Shown here piece by piece: positions 8,516 to 19,711 of a stretch of 64,000 bases of DNA; the first letter of the stretch is position 1, and every line of letters begins with the position of its first letter. This DNA comes from Dehalococcoidia bacterium (GTDB taxonomy: Bacteria; Chloroflexota; Dehalococcoidia; UBA2979). Both the position numbers and the translations under genes were made by a program. The stretch spans positions 608,001 through 672,000 of the forward strand of contig CAXXDN010000002.1 in NCBI GenBank assembly GCA_963667465.2. Reading direction: 5' to 3'. The notes under the pieces were generated by a model. That model was not told the DNA's origin. It worked only from the letters and a program-made list of their open reading frames with translations, and did no database searches.

Positions 8516-9762
8516 CGCTCCTCCGGCTCGGCGGTGTCGCGCAGTGCGGCCTGTACCGCGCGGCGCGCGCTCGCCGCATTCCTCAGATTGCCGAGATAGC
8601 GCTCGCGGCGCAAGCGTTCGAGCCACGCACCGAGGGCCGGGCCGCGCTCGACGCCGAGCCGGAGCAGCGCCGCGGCGTCCAGTGGCGCGCGTGTGTGCTC
8701 CCAGCGCCGCAGCTCGCGCTGGAGCCAACGCTGGCCCGCCGGGTCGAGCCAGCGGGCGGCGAGGCGGGCCGCGTTGGTCACGCCCTCGAGGGCCGCGAGG
8801 CTCCCCGGCGCACGGTCGCGCGTGGCAAGCAGCCGCGCCGCGTCCTGGACGGCGCGACGGGCGGCTCGTGGCACCGTGAGGCGCGCCGCGATTGCCTCCC
8901 GCTCCGCCAGCGGAGCGAGCAGCACGGCGAGCAGCAGCGAGGGCGAGTGCGGGCCCGGCCGCCTCGCCAGCGCTCGAGAAGCCTCCGCTGGCAGCGACCA
9001 GGCAGGGTGCACCCCGCGCAGCGCACCCCAGCCGTCGAGCAGCCGCAGCGTCGCGCTGACGCGGCGGCAGGCGGCGCCGCGCTCGAACTCCGCCCAGAGC
9101 CGCCGCCCTGAGATGCGCGCGACCCAGCGCGGCGCTTCCTCGATCCAGCGCAGCGTCTGCGGCTCCGGTCGCAGTCCGAGCGCGGTGGCGTAACGCGCGC
9201 CGCGCCAGAGCCGCGTGGCGTCGTTGCGGAAGCTGTCAGCGTGCAGCGCGCGCAGGCGCCGCGCGGCGAGGTCCTCGAGGCCGCCGTACGGGTCGAGCAA
9301 CTCGCCGCCACGCGGCCCGGCGACAGCGAGCGCGATGGCGTTGACGCTGAAGTCGCGCCGCCCGAGATCCGCCTCGATCGTTGCGCCGGGGCGCACCTCC
9401 GGCAAGGCGCCCGGCCGCGCGTAGCGCTCGCTGCGCAGCGCGGCGATGTCGAGCCGCCGGCCGCGCCACTCGACGCGCGCGGTAGCGAAGCGTGGCTCCG
9501 TCTTCACCGCGGCCTCCTCGCCGAGCCGCGCCGCGACCGAGGCGGCGAGCACGGCGGGGTCGCCGCCGCATGCGAGGTCCACCTCGGCTGGCGCATGGCC
9601 GGCGGCGAGATCGCGAAGCGCACCGCCGACCGCCCACAGCTCGCTGCCTGCTGCGGTGGCGGCCTCGCTGGCGGCGTCGAGCAGCGAACGAGCGTCGGCG
9701 GGGAGCGCGCGGCGCAGGCGCTGGACGGTAGGACGTATAAGCGGATAAGCGATTCTTGACAC
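8512..9762 (-). CDS. cca: CCA-adding tRNA nucleotidyltransferase / poly(A) polymerase family
   Basis: VGGALRD, EVDL, R.E.Y..PGALP, DLGRRDFSVNAIA, LH.DSF.ND.TR motifs. Confidence 0.88.
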   Translation of the reverse strand: MSRIAYPLIRPTVQRLRRALPADARSLLDAASEAATAAGSELWAVGGALRDLAAGHAPAEVDLACGGDPAVLAASVAARLGEEAAVKTEPRFATARVEWRGRRLDIAALRSERYARPGALPEVRPGATIEADLGRRDFSVNAIALAVAGPRGGELLDPYGGLEDLAARRLRALHADSFRNDATRLWRGARYATALGLRPEPQTLRWIEEAPRWVARISGRRLWAEFERGAACRRVSATLRLLDGWGALRGVHPAWSLPAEASRALARRPGPHSPSLLLAVLLAPLAEREAIAARLTVPRAARRAVQDAARLLATRDRAPGSLAALEGVTNAARLAARWLDPAGQRWLQRELRRWEHTRAPLDAAALLRLGVERGPALGAWLERLRRERYLGNLRNAASARRAVQAALRDTAEPEER

Positions 9763-9888
9763 TCGCAGGCACCCGCCCCTACGATACGGGGTGCGAGCGG
9801 GGCGTTCCCGGCCGTCCCGGCTGTGGCGGGGTTATCGGTCCGATCGCGTACGTGATGGCGGTGCACGTACGCCCGGGAGGGTACTCGC

Positions 9889-10614
9889 TTGGTCTCCGCG
9901 CCGCCTTGTCTCTACGACGCACAGACCGCGCTCCGGATCGAATTCGCCGACGGGGCGTTGCTGCGCCTCGCGCTCACCCACCCTTCGTACACCAACGAGC
10001 ACGAGGGCTCCGACGGCTCCTTCGATCGGCTCGAATTCCTCGGCGATTCGGTGCTTGGCATGGTCATCGCCGAGCGGCTCTACGAGCGCTTCCCCGATGT
10101 CGAAGAGGGCCGGCTGACGCTCTGGCGCGCGCATATCGTGCAGGGACCGACGCTCGCCGCGGCGGCGAAGCGCCTCGGCCTTGGCCAATACCTGCTGCTG
10201 GGCCGGGGCGAGGAGGCGACCGGCGGGCGCGATCGCCCCGGCAACCTGGCTGACGCCTACGAGGCGCTGATCGGTGCGCTCAAGCTGGATCGCGGGCCGG
10301 ACGGCGGCCTCGAGGGCGCGCGGCGCTTCATCGAGCGCACGCTCGGCCCGGAGCTGGAGGCGCTACAGACCGACCCCGCGGAGTTGAACACCAAGGGCGC
10401 CCTCCAGCAGCTCTGCGAGGGGCGCTACGGGCGTCCCCAGTACGTGACCGTCGAGGAGCGCGGACCGGAGCACGCCCGCGAGTTCTCCGTCGAGGTGCGC
10501 GTCGACGGCGAGGTGCTGGGCCGCGGCAGCGGACGCACCAAGCAACAGGCTGAGAAGGACGCGGCCCGCGAGGCGCTGCGGGAGCTGCGCACATGCGCAG
10601 CCGGGACGGACTAG
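9889..10614 (+). CDS. rnc: ribonuclease III
   Basis: ALTHPS, RLEFLGDSVL, ADAYEALIGA, C-terminal dsRBD. Confidence 0.95.
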   Translation: MVSAPPCLYDAQTALRIEFADGALLRLALTHPSYTNEHEGSDGSFDRLEFLGDSVLGMVIAERLYERFPDVEEGRLTLWRAHIVQGPTLAAAAKRLGLGQYLLLGRGEEATGGRDRPGNLADAYEALIGALKLDRGPDGGLEGARRFIERTLGPELEALQTDPAELNTKGALQQLCEGRYGRPQYVTVEERGPEHAREFSVEVRVDGEVLGRGSGRTKQQAEKDAAREALRELRTCAAGTD

Positions 10615-10619
10615 CCGCG

Positions 10620-13600
10620 ATGTACCTGCGACGCGTCGAGGCGTACGGGTTCAAGTCCTTCGCGGATCGCCAGGTCTTCGAGTTCGGCCCCGGCCTGACC
10701 GCCGTCGTCGGCCCCAACGGCTCCGGCAAGTCCAACGTCGCCGACGCGATCCGCTGGGCCCTCGGCGAACAGTCGACGCGCTCGATCCGCGCCCGCAAGA
10801 CCGGTGACGTGATCTTCTCCGGCTCCGACACGCGGCGCGAGCTGGGCGTCGCCGAGGTGACGCTGATCCTCGACAACTCCGAGCAGTGGATGCCGATCGA
10901 CTTCGACGAGGTGAGCGTCAGCCGGCGCGCCTACCGCAGCGGCGAGAACGAGTACCGCATCAACGGCCAGAAGGTGCGCCTGCTGGACGTGCAGGATCTG
11001 TTCCGGCGCGCACAGGTCGGCCAGAACTCCTACGCCATGATGTCGCAGGGCCTCGTAGACGAGGTGCTCGGCCTGCGGCCGCAGGAGCGCCGCAACCTGA
11101 TCGAAGAGGCCGCCGAGGTGCACGGCCACCGCATCGAGCTGACGCGGGCGGAACGGCGGCTCACCCAGACGCGTGACAACCTCGGCCACGTGCGGGTGCT
11201 GATCCGCGAGCTGGCCCCGCGGCTGCGGCAACTGGAGCGACAGTCGCAGCGCGCGAGCCGCTTTCGCGAGCTCGACGCCCAGCTCGGCGCCGCCCTCGAT
11301 GCCTGGTACGAGACTGAGCTGCGCGAGGCAAGCGAGGCGCTCGCGGCGGCGCAGGCGCGCCACGACCAGCGCTCGGAGGCGTTCGCTGCGGCGCGCCGCC
11401 AGGCGGAGGCGTTCGTGCCGGAGATCGCCGCGGCGGAACGCGCCGTCACCGCGGCCCGTGCGGAGCTGGGCGGTGCGCAGCGCCGCGAGCGCGAGCTGGT
11501 TGAACGCTCGCTGGCGCTCGGGCAGCAGCGCGCGCTCGCCGAACAGCGCCAGGAATTGCTGCTCGTGCGCCGCACTGAGATCGACGCCGCCATCGAGGAG
11601 CTGGAGGCGGCGCCCGCCGCCGGTGCGGCGGACGACGCCACGCTGATCGAGCTCGACGCGCGGGTCGCCGAGGCGCGCGTCGGCCTCGAGGGCGCACAGG
11701 AGGCGATGCGCGCGGCCGATGTGGCGGTGCGCGACGTGCTGCGCGAGCTCGCCGAAGCCGAGGCCCGCCGCTCGCGCATCGAGACCTCCATCCGCGAGGC
11801 CGAGGCGCGACGCACGCGGGTCGAGGCAGAGCAGCGCCGTCGCGATGGTGAGCGCCGCGAGGCGGCGCAGCGCCGCGACGAGCTGAACGACGAGTTGCGC
11901 GACTACGGAAAGCGCGCGCTGGCCGCGCGCCGCGAGCATGAGCGCCTCACCCAGCAAGCCGCCGAGGCGTTGCGCCGCCGCGAGATCGCCGAGCGGCGGA
12001 TCGAGGAGACGCGCACGCGCGCCGAGGAGGGCCGCGAGGCGCTGCGCACGGCGATCACCCAGCGCGAGCAACTGGAGGCCCGGCGCGAGCTGACCGCCAT
12101 GCTGGCGGCGCAACTCGCGCAGCAGGGCTCCGCCTCCCAGGAGCTGTTGCGCGCCGCGGAGGAGCCGGGCCCGGACGAGCAACCGCTCAGCGGCATCGTC
12201 GGGCTGCTCGGCCGCCTGATCCGCGTGCCACGGGGTCTGGAGCACGCCATCGAGGCAGCCCTCGCCGAGCAAATCGGCGCCGTGGTGGTCGAGCGCCAGG
12301 ACGAGGCGCTCGCGGCGATCGCGCACCTGCGCGAGCAGGGCGCCGGCTCCGTGACCGTGTTACCGCTCGACGCCATCGACCGGCAGTACCCCCTCAACAT
12401 GCTGAGCGAGCGCGGTGTCGTCGGCGTCGCTGCGAAGCTGGTCAAGACCCAGCGCAAATACCGCCCGCTGGTCGACCTGCTGCTGGGCCGCACGATCGTC
12501 GTCGAGGACGTGCAGACGGCGCTCAAGACGGTCGAGCGCGGCCTCGGCTCCGTCGTCACCCGCGACGGCGTGCTGGTGCGAGCGGACGGCTCGATCTACG
12601 GCGGATCGCGCGGGTCGGCGGCGGAGCAGTTCGTGCTGCAGGACGAGGAGCAGGAACTGCCCGAGGCGATCGAGGCCGCGCGTGAGGCCGAGGCAGCCGC
12701 CGCCGCGCAGGTCGAGCACCACGACGACATCGTCGCCGACGCCCGTGACGCCCTCGCCGCGGCGCGCAGCGCCGCGACGGCGGCGGAGGCCGCGCTGCGC
12801 GCGCAGGAGCAGGACAGCACGCGGCTGCGGCGGCGCCTGGTGGCGATCGGCAGCGAGCTGCGGATGGTCCACGCCGTGCTTGCCGAAGACGATCCCGACG
12901 CCGAGCCGGACGACGCCGTAACGGTGATCGAGCGCGAACGCGCCGCCCTCGAGGCGCTCGACGCACGGCTCGAGGGCCTGCGCGATCGCTCCGAGGCCGT
13001 CGGGGCAGAGCGCGACGCGGCCGGCGATCGGGTCGCCCAAGGCGCTGCCGCGCTGGCCGCCGCCGAGGGCGAGCGGTCCGCCACCCGCGACCGCCAGGCC
13101 GCGCTGGAAGAGGCGCAGCGCAGCCGCGGCGAGCGGCTGGCCGAACGCCGCGATCAGGCGCTCGTCGTGCGCCAGGATCTCGAAGACCTCGAGCTCACGT
13201 TGCGCGATCTCGGCGAGCAGGTCGCCAACGTCGAGATCGCGCGCCGCGCCGCCGAGGAAGCCGTCGCGCCGGCGCACGCCGCGCTCGCCGACGCGGAACG
13301 CGCCGAGCGCGAGCTGACGGCGACGCGCGGCGACAGCCAGGCGCGCCTTTTCGCCGCCGAGCGCGAGCTGCTGGAGGCGCAGTCCGGGTTGCGGGAGCTG
13401 GCGAATCGCGTCCAGAGCCTCGAGCAGCAGATCGCCGACGACGGCCTCGTGCTGCGCGACGACGGCAGCGTGCGCCGCGCCAGCGCCGAGCAGCCCCCGC
13501 CCGGCCTCGAGGGCAGCGACGCAGCCGAGCCAGCGCTGGTTGCCAGCAACGGCGCGGGCGATGGCGCCGCCAATGGCGCGCCGCCGGCGCTGACGGCGCC

Positions 13601-14297
13601 GGTTCCCGCGAGTGGCGGGGCCGAGGTCAACACCGCCGAGCTGCGCGAGCGGATTTCCGAACTGCGGGCCGAGCTCCGTGCACTCGGCCCGGTCAACCTC
13701 GAAGCCCTCGACGACCTCAGCGAGGAGCGTGAGCGGCACGACTTCCTCACGGGCCAGGTCGAGGATCTCGAGGATGCCGAGGCGCAGCTGCGGACGGCGA
13801 TCGGTGAGCTGAAGCGGGAGATTCGCGAGCGCTTCGGCGAGACGTTCGAACACGTCAACCAGAGTTTCGCCGACTACTTCCAGCGCTTCTTCGGCGGCGG
13901 ACGGGCGGAACTGACCATCGTCGAGCCGGAGCAGGAGGGCGGCGAGGCCGGCGTGGACGTCCGCGCGCAGCCGCCGGGCAAGCGCATCTCCTCGCTGGCG
14001 ATGCTCTCGGGCGGCGAGCGGGCACTGACCTCGGTGTCGCTGCTGTTCGCGCTGCTCGATGTGAACCCGGCGCCCGTCTGCGTCCTCGACGAGGTCGACG
14101 CCGCGCTCGACGAGGCGAACGTGGGCCGCTTCGTCGAGACGCTGCGCGGGCTCTGCGAGCACTCGCAGTTCATCGTGATCACGCACAACCGCGGGACCGT
14201 TGAGGCCGCCGACACGATCTACGGCATCTCGATGGGCGACGACTCTGTCTCGCGCGTGCTCTCGCTGCGCCTGGCCGACCTGCCGCAAGCCTCGTAG
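10620..14297 (+). CDS. smc: chromosome segregation protein SMC
   Basis: GFKSF, GPNGSGKSN, hinge, LSGGE, LDEVDAALD, ITHN. Confidence 0.96.
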   Translation: MYLRRVEAYGFKSFADRQVFEFGPGLTAVVGPNGSGKSNVADAIRWALGEQSTRSIRARKTGDVIFSGSDTRRELGVAEVTLILDNSEQWMPIDFDEVSVSRRAYRSGENEYRINGQKVRLLDVQDLFRRAQVGQNSYAMMSQGLVDEVLGLRPQERRNLIEEAAEVHGHRIELTRAERRLTQTRDNLGHVRVLIRELAPRLRQLERQSQRASRFRELDAQLGAALDAWYETELREASEALAAAQARHDQRSEAFAAARRQAEAFVPEIAAAERAVTAARAELGGAQRRERELVERSLALGQQRALAEQRQELLLVRRTEIDAAIEELEAAPAAGAADDATLIELDARVAEARVGLEGAQEAMRAADVAVRDVLRELAEAEARRSRIETSIREAEARRTRVEAEQRRRDGERREAAQRRDELNDELRDYGKRALAARREHERLTQQAAEALRRREIAERRIEETRTRAEEGREALRTAITQREQLEARRELTAMLAAQLAQQGSASQELLRAAEEPGPDEQPLSGIVGLLGRLIRVPRGLEHAIEAALAEQIGAVVVERQDEALAAIAHLREQGAGSVTVLPLDAIDRQYPLNMLSERGVVGVAAKLVKTQRKYRPLVDLLLGRTIVVEDVQTALKTVERGLGSVVTRDGVLVRADGSIYGGSRGSAAEQFVLQDEEQELPEAIEAAREAEAAAAAQVEHHDDIVADARDALAAARSAATAAEAALRAQEQDSTRLRRRLVAIGSELRMVHAVLAEDDPDAEPDDAVTVIERERAALEALDARLEGLRDRSEAVGAERDAAGDRVAQGAAALAAAEGERSATRDRQAALEEAQRSRGERLAERRDQALVVRQDLEDLELTLRDLGEQVANVEIARRAAEEAVAPAHAALADAERAERELTATRGDSQARLFAAERELLEAQSGLRELANRVQSLEQQIADDGLVLRDDGSVRRASAEQPPPGLEGSDAAEPALVASNGAGDGAANGAPPALTAPVPASGGAEVNTAELRERISELRAELRALGPVNLEALDDLSEERERHDFLTGQVEDLEDAEAQLRTAIGELKREIRERFGETFEHVNQSFADYFQRFFGGGRAELTIVEPEQEGGEAGVDVRAQPPGKRISSLAMLSGGERALTSVSLLFALLDVNPAPVCVLDEVDAALDEANVGRFVETLRGLCEHSQFIVITHNRGTVEAADTIYGISMGDDSVSRVLSLRLADLPQAS

Positions 14298-14388
14298 CGC
14301 GGCCTGCCGGGGCGGCCCGTTCGCCAGTCGCCGCGCCTCTCGTTACGATCGGCGCGCGCCCGCATCGAGGGCCGGTCAGGATGATGCC

Positions 14389-15342
14389 ATGAGGCTGCTG
14401 CGTGGCAACCCGGAGTCCGAGGCGGCAACCGGGCAGGCGCTATCGCGAACGCGCCGCAGCTGGTTGGGCCGCGTCGGCGATCTGCTGCGCGGGAACGGGA
14501 TCACCCCGGAGCTCTGGGACTCGCTCGAAGAGGTGATGATCGGCTCGGACGCCGGGGTCGAGACCACCTTCGAGGTGCTCGACCGCGTGCGCGCCGCCAA
14601 TCCGCGGCAGCCAGACGAGCTGCGGGCCGCGCTGCGCGACGAGCTGATCGCGATCCTCGCTGCACCCGCGGGCGCCGGCCGGCTCTGGGGCGCGGATGGC
14701 GAGGCGCCGCCCCGGCCCGCGGTCGTGCTGATTGCCGGCGTCAACGGCACCGGCAAGACGACGGCGGCGGCGCGGCTCGCCCACGCCTACCAGGCCGAGG
14801 GCAACCGGGTGCTGGCCGCCGCGAGCGACACCTTCCGCGCCGCCGCGATCGAGCAGCTGCGCAGCTGGGGCGAGCGAATCGGCTTCGACGTTGTCGCGCA
14901 CCAGGCGGGCTCCGACCCCGCCGCGGTCGCCTTCGACGCGATCGAGGCGGCACAGGCGCGCGGTCACGACCTGGTGCTGGTGGACACGGCCGGGAGGCTA
15001 CATAACAAGCAGAACCTGATGAACGAGCTGGCCAAGATCCGGCGCGTGATCGAGCGGCAGCTCGGACGCGGCCCGGACGAGGTCGCGCTCGTGCTCGACG
15101 CCACCACCGGGCAGAACGGCCTCGCACAGGCGCGCGCCTTCACCGAGGCGATTGAGGTGTCCGCGGTGATCCTCACGAAGCTCGATGGCAGCGCCCGCGG
15201 CGGCATCGTCTTCGCGGTCGCCTCGGAGCTGGGGCTGCCCGTGCGCTTCATCGGAGTCGGGGACGGCCCGGGGGATCTTGCACCGTTCGACGCCGAGGCG
15301 TTCGTGGACGGCTTGCTGGCCCCCGGCTCGACCGAGGCCTGA
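14389..15342 (+). CDS. ftsY: SRP receptor FtsY
   Basis: [26 protein letters not shown]. Confidence 0.96.
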   Translation: MRLLRGNPESEAATGQALSRTRRSWLGRVGDLLRGNGITPELWDSLEEVMIGSDAGVETTFEVLDRVRAANPRQPDELRAALRDELIAILAAPAGAGRLWGADGEAPPRPAVVLIAGVNGTGKTTAAARLAHAYQAEGNRVLAAASDTFRAAAIEQLRSWGERIGFDVVAHQAGSDPAAVAFDAIEAAQARGHDLVLVDTAGRLHNKQNLMNELAKIRRVIERQLGRGPDEVALVLDATTGQNGLAQARAFTEAIEVSAVILTKLDGSARGGIVFAVASELGLPVRFIGVGDGPGDLAPFDAEAFVDGLLAPGSTEA

Positions 15343-15354
15343 CGGACCGGCGCC

Positions 15355-17655
15355 GTGGAACAGGCGCTGACGTGGTACCTCGCGCTGGTGCTGATCGGCG
15401 GCGGCGGGTTGCTCCCGGCGACGCTGCTGTTCGGACGCCTGCGCTCGCGCGGGGTGTTGTACGCCCGCCCGCTCGCGCTGCTGCTGGTCGCGCAACTCGT
15501 CTGGCTCGCCTCGGCGCTTGTCTCGATTCCCTACGGAACGGGCCTCGTGATTACGGCGGTCGCGGTGCTCTACGCCTGGTCGGCCTGGCTCGGCTGGCGC
15601 GACCCGGAGCGGCTGCGGACGCTCTGGCGCGCACGCCGCATGCTGCTCGCCGGCGAGGCACTGTTCCTCGTGCTCTTCGTCGTCGTGCTGTTCGTACGCG
15701 CCCAGGCGCCTGCCGCGATCAACACCGAGAAGCCGATGGACCTGATGCTGCTCAACGCCGTGCACCACGCGGAGCAGCTGCCGCCCCCTGACTCCTGGCT
15801 CGCCGGCTACGACGTCTCCTACTACCACCTCGGCCACGTGATGTTCGATGTCAGCGGGCGGCTGGCGGGGGTCGCGCCACGCTTCGGCTTCAACCTCGGA
15901 CTCGCGGCGGCGGCGGCGCTTGCGGCCGTCGCGATCGCCGGCCTCGCGAGCGACGCGGTCGCGCTCGGCCCGCCACGGCGGCGCGCCACGCCGTGGATCG
16001 CGGCCGGCCTCGCCGTCGTGGCGCTGATCTGGATCGCGCCGCTCGAGGGGCTGGCCGACCTCGCTGCGGCGAACGGGCTGGGCGGCGAGGGCGTCTGGAG
16101 CCAGCTCGGCGTGAGGGGGCTGCCCGGCCCCGTGGAGGCGACGCACGGCGTGCCCGACCAATTCTGGTGGTGGTGGCGGGCGACGCGCGTGATCCCCGGC
16201 ACGATCACCGAGTTCCCCGCCTTCTCCTACATCCTCGGCGACCCGCACGCGCACGTGCTCGCGCTGCCGCTTGGCATCGTCGCGCTCGCGGTCGCCCTCG
16301 ACACCTTCGAGGGCGGCCTCGCGCTCTCCTGGCGGCACTGGACGGCGCGCCCTGAGGCGCTGCTGCTGGCCGGTGCGCTTTTCGCGGGGCTGGCGATGAC
16401 CAACGCCTGGGACGTGCTCGCCTACGGGCTGATCTGGCTGGCGGCGGCGACCGCCGCCTTCCGCGCCGTCGGCTGGCCACTACACGGCGCACTCTTCGGC
16501 GCCGTGCGCTACCTGCTCGCGCCGACGCTCGCCGGCCTCGTGATCGCCTGGCCGCTGCTCCAAACGCTCGACACGTCGTCGATCGGCGGCACCGTGGTCA
16601 GCGACGCGGCGAGCGACCCGCTGCGGCTGCTGCTGTTCTGGGGCACGCCGCTGCTGCCGGTCGTGCTCGCCGCGCTGCTCACCCGCCCGCCCGCCTCGAG
16701 GCGGGCACTCGCCTGGAGCCTTGCGCTGGCCACGGCGCCAGTGGCGCTGTGGGTCCTGTGGGCGGCGGGGGAGGGTGACGCGTTCGGCCAGCGCGGCGTC
16801 GGCTGGCTGACGCTCGCCGGCCTCGTGCTGGCGACCGGCGGCGCAGGCGCGGCCTCGGCGAGCCGCTACGCGGAGGGGCGGCGCGACCACGCCGCCTGGC
16901 TCGCGCTGGCCGCGCTGGCGGGCGCGATCGTGCTCGCGACGGAGCTGTTCCACGTCACCGACGCGCTGCGGCACGCGCGCATGAACACCGTCTTCAAGTT
17001 CTGGTACGTCGCCTGGCCGCTGCTCGCGGCTTCCGGGGCGATCGGCCTCGCGCTCGCCTACGACGCCGCGCCGCGCCGCCCCTTCGCCGCGCTGCGCGGC
17101 GGGCTCGCCTCGCCTCGCAGCGCCCTCGCGGCCTTCGCCGTCCTCGCCGCGCTGCTCTGGCTCGGCTCGCTGCTCTACGCACCGGCGGCGACGGTCAGCC
17201 GCGCGCGCGAGGGCCAGGCGAGGGGCATCGACGCCCTCGCGCACGTCGAGCGGCGCGATCCGGGGCTGGCCGCGGCGCTCGACTGGGTGCGCAGCGAGCT
17301 GGACCCTGCTCACGACGTGCTGCTCGAGGCCGCGAGCCGGAGCTACGGGCCGGGTAACATGATCTCTGCGGCCAGCGCCACGCCCACACTGGTGGGCTGG
17401 CCCGGCCACCAACTGCAGTGGCATAGCAACGCACCGCTGACGGAGCGCCTCGACGTGGTCGACATCATCTACCGCAACGGAGCCGGCCCCCAGTCGTTGC
17501 TGCTGGCGCGCACGCACGGGCTGACCCATGTCTACCTCGGACGCGAGGAGCGCCGCCAGTTCGGGGCGGACGTCGCCGCGCGCTTCGAGGCGTGGCCGAC
17601 CGTGTTCGAGGCGCCCGGCGCGCGGATCGTCGCTCTACCCACGGGGCCGCGATGA
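15355..17655 (+). CDS. DUF2298 / Chlor_Arch_YYY (TIGR03662-like) polytopic membrane protein
   Basis: TEKPMD, DSWLAG..VSYYHLG, TITEFPAFS..LGDPHAH, RMNTVFKF, T.VGW.GH. Confidence 0.85.
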   Translation: MEQALTWYLALVLIGGGGLLPATLLFGRLRSRGVLYARPLALLLVAQLVWLASALVSIPYGTGLVITAVAVLYAWSAWLGWRDPERLRTLWRARRMLLAGEALFLVLFVVVLFVRAQAPAAINTEKPMDLMLLNAVHHAEQLPPPDSWLAGYDVSYYHLGHVMFDVSGRLAGVAPRFGFNLGLAAAAALAAVAIAGLASDAVALGPPRRRATPWIAAGLAVVALIWIAPLEGLADLAAANGLGGEGVWSQLGVRGLPGPVEATHGVPDQFWWWWRATRVIPGTITEFPAFSYILGDPHAHVLALPLGIVALAVALDTFEGGLALSWRHWTARPEALLLAGALFAGLAMTNAWDVLAYGLIWLAAATAAFRAVGWPLHGALFGAVRYLLAPTLAGLVIAWPLLQTLDTSSIGGTVVSDAASDPLRLLLFWGTPLLPVVLAALLTRPPASRRALAWSLALATAPVALWVLWAAGEGDAFGQRGVGWLTLAGLVLATGGAGAASASRYAEGRRDHAAWLALAALAGAIVLATELFHVTDALRHARMNTVFKFWYVAWPLLAASGAIGLALAYDAAPRRPFAALRGGLASPRSALAAFAVLAALLWLGSLLYAPAATVSRAREGQARGIDALAHVERRDPGLAAALDWVRSELDPAHDVLLEAASRSYGPGNMISAASATPTLVGWPGHQLQWHSNAPLTERLDVVDIIYRNGAGPQSLLLARTHGLTHVYLGREERRQFGADVAARFEAWPTVFEAPGARIVALPTGPR

Positions 17656-19598
17656 ACGCCGGGTTGCTCGCGCGCCTCGAACACGTCCGGGCCGACCGGA
17701 CGCTGCTGATCCTGCTCGGCATCGCCGCCGTGGCGCTCGTGCTACGCGTCGTCGACCTCGATGTGCGGGCCATGCACCACGACGAGTCGCTGCACGCGAA
17801 GTACGCGTGGGATCTCGCGGAGGGCCGCGGCTACGTGCACAACCCGCTGCTGCACGGGCCGTGGCTGTTCCACACCGTGGCCGGCTCCTTCGTGGTCTTC
17901 GGAGACAACGAGGTCGCCTCGCGGCTGCCGATGGCCCTCGCGGGCGCGGCGCTGGTGCTGGCGCCGCTGCTGCTGCGCCGCTGGCTGGGTAACAGCGGGG
18001 TGATCGTGGTGGGGCTGCTGATTGCGTTCTCGCCGGTGCTGCTCTACTACTCGCGGTTCTCGCGCAACGACGTACCGGCGGCGCTCTGGATGCTGTTCCT
18101 GGTCGTCGCGATCTGGCGCTACCGGCACGACGGGCGGGAGCGTTGGCTGGCGCTCGCGGCGGCCGCGATCGCGCTCTCGTTCGCGACGAAGGAGACGGCC
18201 TACCTGTTCTGCGGGCTGGCGCTGCTCTACATCAACGCCGCGCTCACCAGCAGCCTGCTGCAGCAGCTGGGCGGGCCGAGCGGGAAGTACCGGCACGGCT
18301 CAGCGATCGCCTCGTGGATCGTGCTGTTTCCCTTCGCCTGGGTGATCGCCGCCCTCTGGGCGCCGCTCGCCCCGCTGCGCCGCCGGCTCCGCCTGGAAAC
18401 CCTGCCCCGCGAGGGCGACCTGATGGTCGTGGTCGGCACGCTGACGGCCCCGTTCCTCGCCGCCGTGCTGCGGTTCCCCTTCCCCGGCATCGAGACTTCC
18501 GGCTTCGAGCACATTGAAACGGTCCTGATCATCGAGCTGCTCGCGATCAGCACGGTCATCGGCGTGCTCTGGCGCCCGGGGACCTGGCTGCCGATCGCCG
18601 CGCTCGCCTGGCTGATCACGATTCCGTTGTTCACCACCGGCTTCACGAACCAGGACGGCTTCGTCTCCGCGTTCTGGGGCCAGCTCGACTACTGGCTCGA
18701 CCAGCAGGACGTGCAGCGTGGCAAACAGCCGCTCCACTACTACGTGATGATGCTTCCGACCTACGAGTTCCTCGCGCTGGCGCCGGCGCTCATCGGGGGC
18801 GCCTGGCTGCTCTGGCGCGGCGACTCGCTGATGCGGCTGCTGGTCTGGTGGTTCGTCGCGACCTTCGTCCTGCTCTCCTTCGCGGGCGAGAAGATGCCGT
18901 GGCTGAACGTGCACCTCGCCCTGCCGCTCGCGCTGATCGCCGGGTATGCGCTCGGCCGCGCGCTACCGGGGGCGTGGCGCTCGCTGCGGAGCCTGCGCGA
19001 GGACTTCACAGCGCCCGCCGGTGCGGCGCGGCCCGCCCTGCTCTGGGTAGGCGCGGGCGCACTGGGCGCGCTGCTCTCCGCCGCCTCGCTGTGGACGGCA
19101 TTCGGCGTCTCCTACCGCCACCCGGACACCCCCGTCGAGCCGCTGATCTACACCCAGACCTCGCCGCAGGTGCCGCTGCTGGCGCGGGAGATCGCGGAGT
19201 ACGTGCGCGCGCAGCCGCAGCCGACGTCCGTGGTCGTCGACACCACGGCCTCGCTGACCTGGCCCTGGGCCTGGTACCTGCGAGACGTCCCCAACGTCGG
19301 CTACCTCGGGCCCAACGAGATCCGCCAGTACGGGCCCGGCGAGGGCGCGGTCCTGATCAGCGCGAGCAGCACGCTCGGGCCAGGCTGGCTGCTGCGCGAT
19401 CAGTTCGAGGATCCCCGGCCCTACGTCCACCGCTGGTGGTTCCGCGAGGACGGCTACCGCGCGGCAACGCCGGGCGGCGTCCTCGGCAAGCTCGCCAGCG
19501 GCGAGCTGCTGGCGGACTGGGTGAGCTTCGTCGCCTCGCGCACCGAGGAGGACACGCTCGGCGCGCTGCGCGGCGACATCTGGTTCCCGAAACGCTGA
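17652..19598 (+). CDS. TIGR03663 / Agl23-like GT-C membrane protein
   Basis: RAMHHDESLH, HNPLLHGP, YYSRF.RND, TKE, GEKMPWL, IYTQTS, WPWAWYLR. Confidence 0.85.
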   Translation: MNAGLLARLEHVRADRTLLILLGIAAVALVLRVVDLDVRAMHHDESLHAKYAWDLAEGRGYVHNPLLHGPWLFHTVAGSFVVFGDNEVASRLPMALAGAALVLAPLLLRRWLGNSGVIVVGLLIAFSPVLLYYSRFSRNDVPAALWMLFLVVAIWRYRHDGRERWLALAAAAIALSFATKETAYLFCGLALLYINAALTSSLLQQLGGPSGKYRHGSAIASWIVLFPFAWVIAALWAPLAPLRRRLRLETLPREGDLMVVVGTLTAPFLAAVLRFPFPGIETSGFEHIETVLIIELLAISTVIGVLWRPGTWLPIAALAWLITIPLFTTGFTNQDGFVSAFWGQLDYWLDQQDVQRGKQPLHYYVMMLPTYEFLALAPALIGGAWLLWRGDSLMRLLVWWFVATFVLLSFAGEKMPWLNVHLALPLALIAGYALGRALPGAWRSLRSLREDFTAPAGAARPALLWVGAGALGALLSAASLWTAFGVSYRHPDTPVEPLIYTQTSPQVPLLAREIAEYVRAQPQPTSVVVDTTASLTWPWAWYLRDVPNVGYLGPNEIRQYGPGEGAVLISASSTLGPGWLLRDQFEDPRPYVHRWWFREDGYRAATPGGVLGKLASGELLADWVSFVASRTEEDTLGALRGDIWFPKR

Positions 19599-19711
19599 CC
19601 GCGCACCGCCCCGGCGTCGCGCCCGACCGCGCGATGCCCGAACATAGAGGCGCACGAGATCTGAAAGGTTCGCGGCACGGGGCCGGTCGAGCCCTCGCGA
19701 GGGAGCGGGAC

